A DNA stretch of 64,000 nucleotides from a virus (taxonomy: Duplodnaviria; Caudoviricetes): positions 7,140 to 71,139 of the IMG/VR virus record IMGVR_UViG_3300005544_000022; one strand, given 5' to 3'. A program made the position numbers and the translations under genes. Below are positions 62,719 to 64,000 of the stretch, in pieces. The notes under the pieces are model-generated. The model was not told the origin of the DNA, did no database searches, and was given only the letters and a program-made list of their open reading frames with translations. Each line of letters starts with the position of its first letter. Position 1 is the stretch's first letter.

Positions 62719-64000
62719 ATGACCGAACTAATTCCTGCCCCGCTGAAAACCATGCGGGACATTACTGGTACCCTGGAAGAACCGGGGTCAGGTGACAATC
62801 CAGTAATCCTTGGCTGGGCCGACGAGATCGCTCAGCGCTTTCCTAAAATGCGTTTGTACTGTGCGCAGTACACCCACGACAGCATTCCCTGGTGCGGGCT
62901 CACCGTCGGCTACTGCATGGCTCACAACGGCATCGAGCCCGTTTTCGGCCCGAGCGATACCGACAAGTTTCTCTGGGCTCGAGCCTGGGAACAGTTCGGT
63001 ACCGAGCGCGAGGGCGAGCCACAGTTGGGCGACGTGCTCGTTTTCCCCGGCCACGTCACCATGTACGATGGTCGAGAGGGTGACTACTACTTGTGCCGTG
63101 GCGGCAACCAATCGGATAGCGTTCGCGTATCCCACATGCCGGCTAGCAGCGTGATCGCCGTGCGGGTGCCACCTGGACCGACCTCAGTGCATGTACCGGC
63201 GCAGAAGCCAGCACCAATCAAGATCAGCAGCAAGCCGCGCTTCACTAATATCGTCGCTACTGTGTTCGGCGGTGCTGAGGATCCCAACACCAGTGCCTAC
63301 GACAATCACACCATCGACGATGACGAGTTGGGTGTAGCTCTGCCGGCGCGCTTCTCGGGCACTCGGCCTCGCGTGCGTGTGTTCAACGGCAGCCGCAGCG
63401 TCGATTGTACCATCGTGGACGTTGGGCCGTGGAACACCAACGACAAGTACTGGGAGCACAATGCTCGACCCCAAGCAGAAAGTGGGCGTGACCAAACTGG
63501 TCGCTCGACCAACCGGGCCGGTATCGACTTGACCCCGGCTGCCGCCTTCGCGCTTGGCATCAACGGGAAAGGCATAGTAGATTGGATGTTCATCCCAGCC
63601 GCTACGACTAACGAAGCGAAGGAAGAAGCCGTCGTTCGCGACTCCTCTCGCAAAATGCAGCTGTTCGCCAATGTGCGAGCATTCATGAAGGCGGTACTCG
63701 CTACCGTTGGCGGCGTGTTCACGATGGACAACTTTGGCCTGCTCAACTCTTGGCTGGGCATTGGTCAAGGCGCCGTGCCGATCACTACGCTGCTCACTCT
63801 TGCAGCGGCCGGCATTGGCATTTGGGTGCTGGTGAACGTGCTGGACAAGATGTCGATGGAAGACTTCAAGGCTGGCCGTTGGATGCCCAGCGAGCTTGCC
63901 AAGGGCAACCCCATCGACGTAGCCAATCCGGTACCGGCTGGGCCAGTCAAGCCAGCTACGCAGCCAGAACCCGCAGCAGACGGCACCCCCGTACCGGAGT
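62719..64000 (+). CDS. endolysin-like protein (partial): TIGR02594-type CHAP amidase, RlpA-like DPBB domain and C-terminal membrane segments
   Basis: Translated by hand, open to the window end; IPWCG (Cys), GHV (His), GGNQSDSV; IVDVGPW...GIDLTPAAAFALGI; hydrophobic tail; RBS aagggg. Confidence 0.85.
   Translation, partial: MTELIPAPLKTMRDITGTLEEPGSGDNPVILGWADEIAQRFPKMRLYCAQYTHDSIPWCGLTVGYCMAHNGIEPVFGPSDTDKFLWARAWEQFGTEREGEPQLGDVLVFPGHVTMYDGREGDYYLCRGGNQSDSVRVSHMPASSVIAVRVPPGPTSVHVPAQKPAPIKISSKPRFTNIVATVFGGAEDPNTSAYDNHTIDDDELGVALPARFSGTRPRVRVFNGSRSVDCTIVDVGPWNTNDKYWEHNARPQAESGRDQTGRSTNRAGIDLTPAAAFALGINGKGIVDWMFIPAATTNEAKEEAVVRDSSRKMQLFANVRAFMKAVLATVGGVFTMDNFGLLNSWLGIGQGAVPITTLLTLAAAGIGIWVLVNVLDKMSMEDFKAGRWMPSELAKGNPIDVANPVPAGPVKPATQPEPAADGTPVPE

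Noticed and set aside
1-64000. CRISPR array, tRNA genes, integrase or att sites, introns or inteins
   Set aside because: No regularly spaced repeats, no tRNA T-loop/acceptor pattern, no tyrosine or serine recombinase, and Pol, RNR, RecA and DnaB are uninterrupted and of normal length
1-64000. Stop-codon reassignment
   Set aside because: Standard code gives full-length conserved proteins, and TAA, TAG and TGA all end genes

Overview
A 64-kb segment of a tailed dsDNA bacteriophage genome, gene-dense and almost entirely on the + strand. It looks lytic: no integrase, repressor, tRNA or CRISPR was seen. The host is probably an alphaproteobacterium (inferred only, from the B12-dependent class II RNR and small Rhizobiales-style proteins). 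Layout: (i) ~1-23 kb, an early/accessory region of many small ORFs plus ArdC, a UvrD-like helicase with a histone-H1-like N-terminus, a ParB-like protein, three paralogous SAM methyltransferases, two GT-B-like paralogues and a 2OG-Fe(II) oxygenase; (ii) ~23-52 kb, replication, recombination and nucleotide metabolism: primase, sigma-like factor, a thymidine-hypermodification cluster (aGPT-Pplase1 helical protein, TAGT-type glycosyltransferase, HD hydrolase, dUMP-type thymidylate-synthase homologue, DUF3310), beta-clamp, UDG-fused family A polymerase, DnaX-like loader, UvsY, gp32-like SSB with a very long acidic tail, RecA, Hjc, DnaB, SNF2-like helicase and SbcCD; (iii) ~52-60 kb, a second glycosyl/methyl-transferase cluster and NrdJ; (iv) ~60-64 kb, head morphogenesis protein, LamG protein and a two-domain endolysin that runs off the window. 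The best candidates for novelty are a predicted sugar-type hypermodification of 5-hmdU, an unusually large dispersed glycan-building and methylating toolkit, and two recurring intergenic DNA motifs (palindrome GTTCRANNTYGAAC; putative promoter CGTATGT-N6-TA). All family assignments come from motif recognition by eye, not from database searches.
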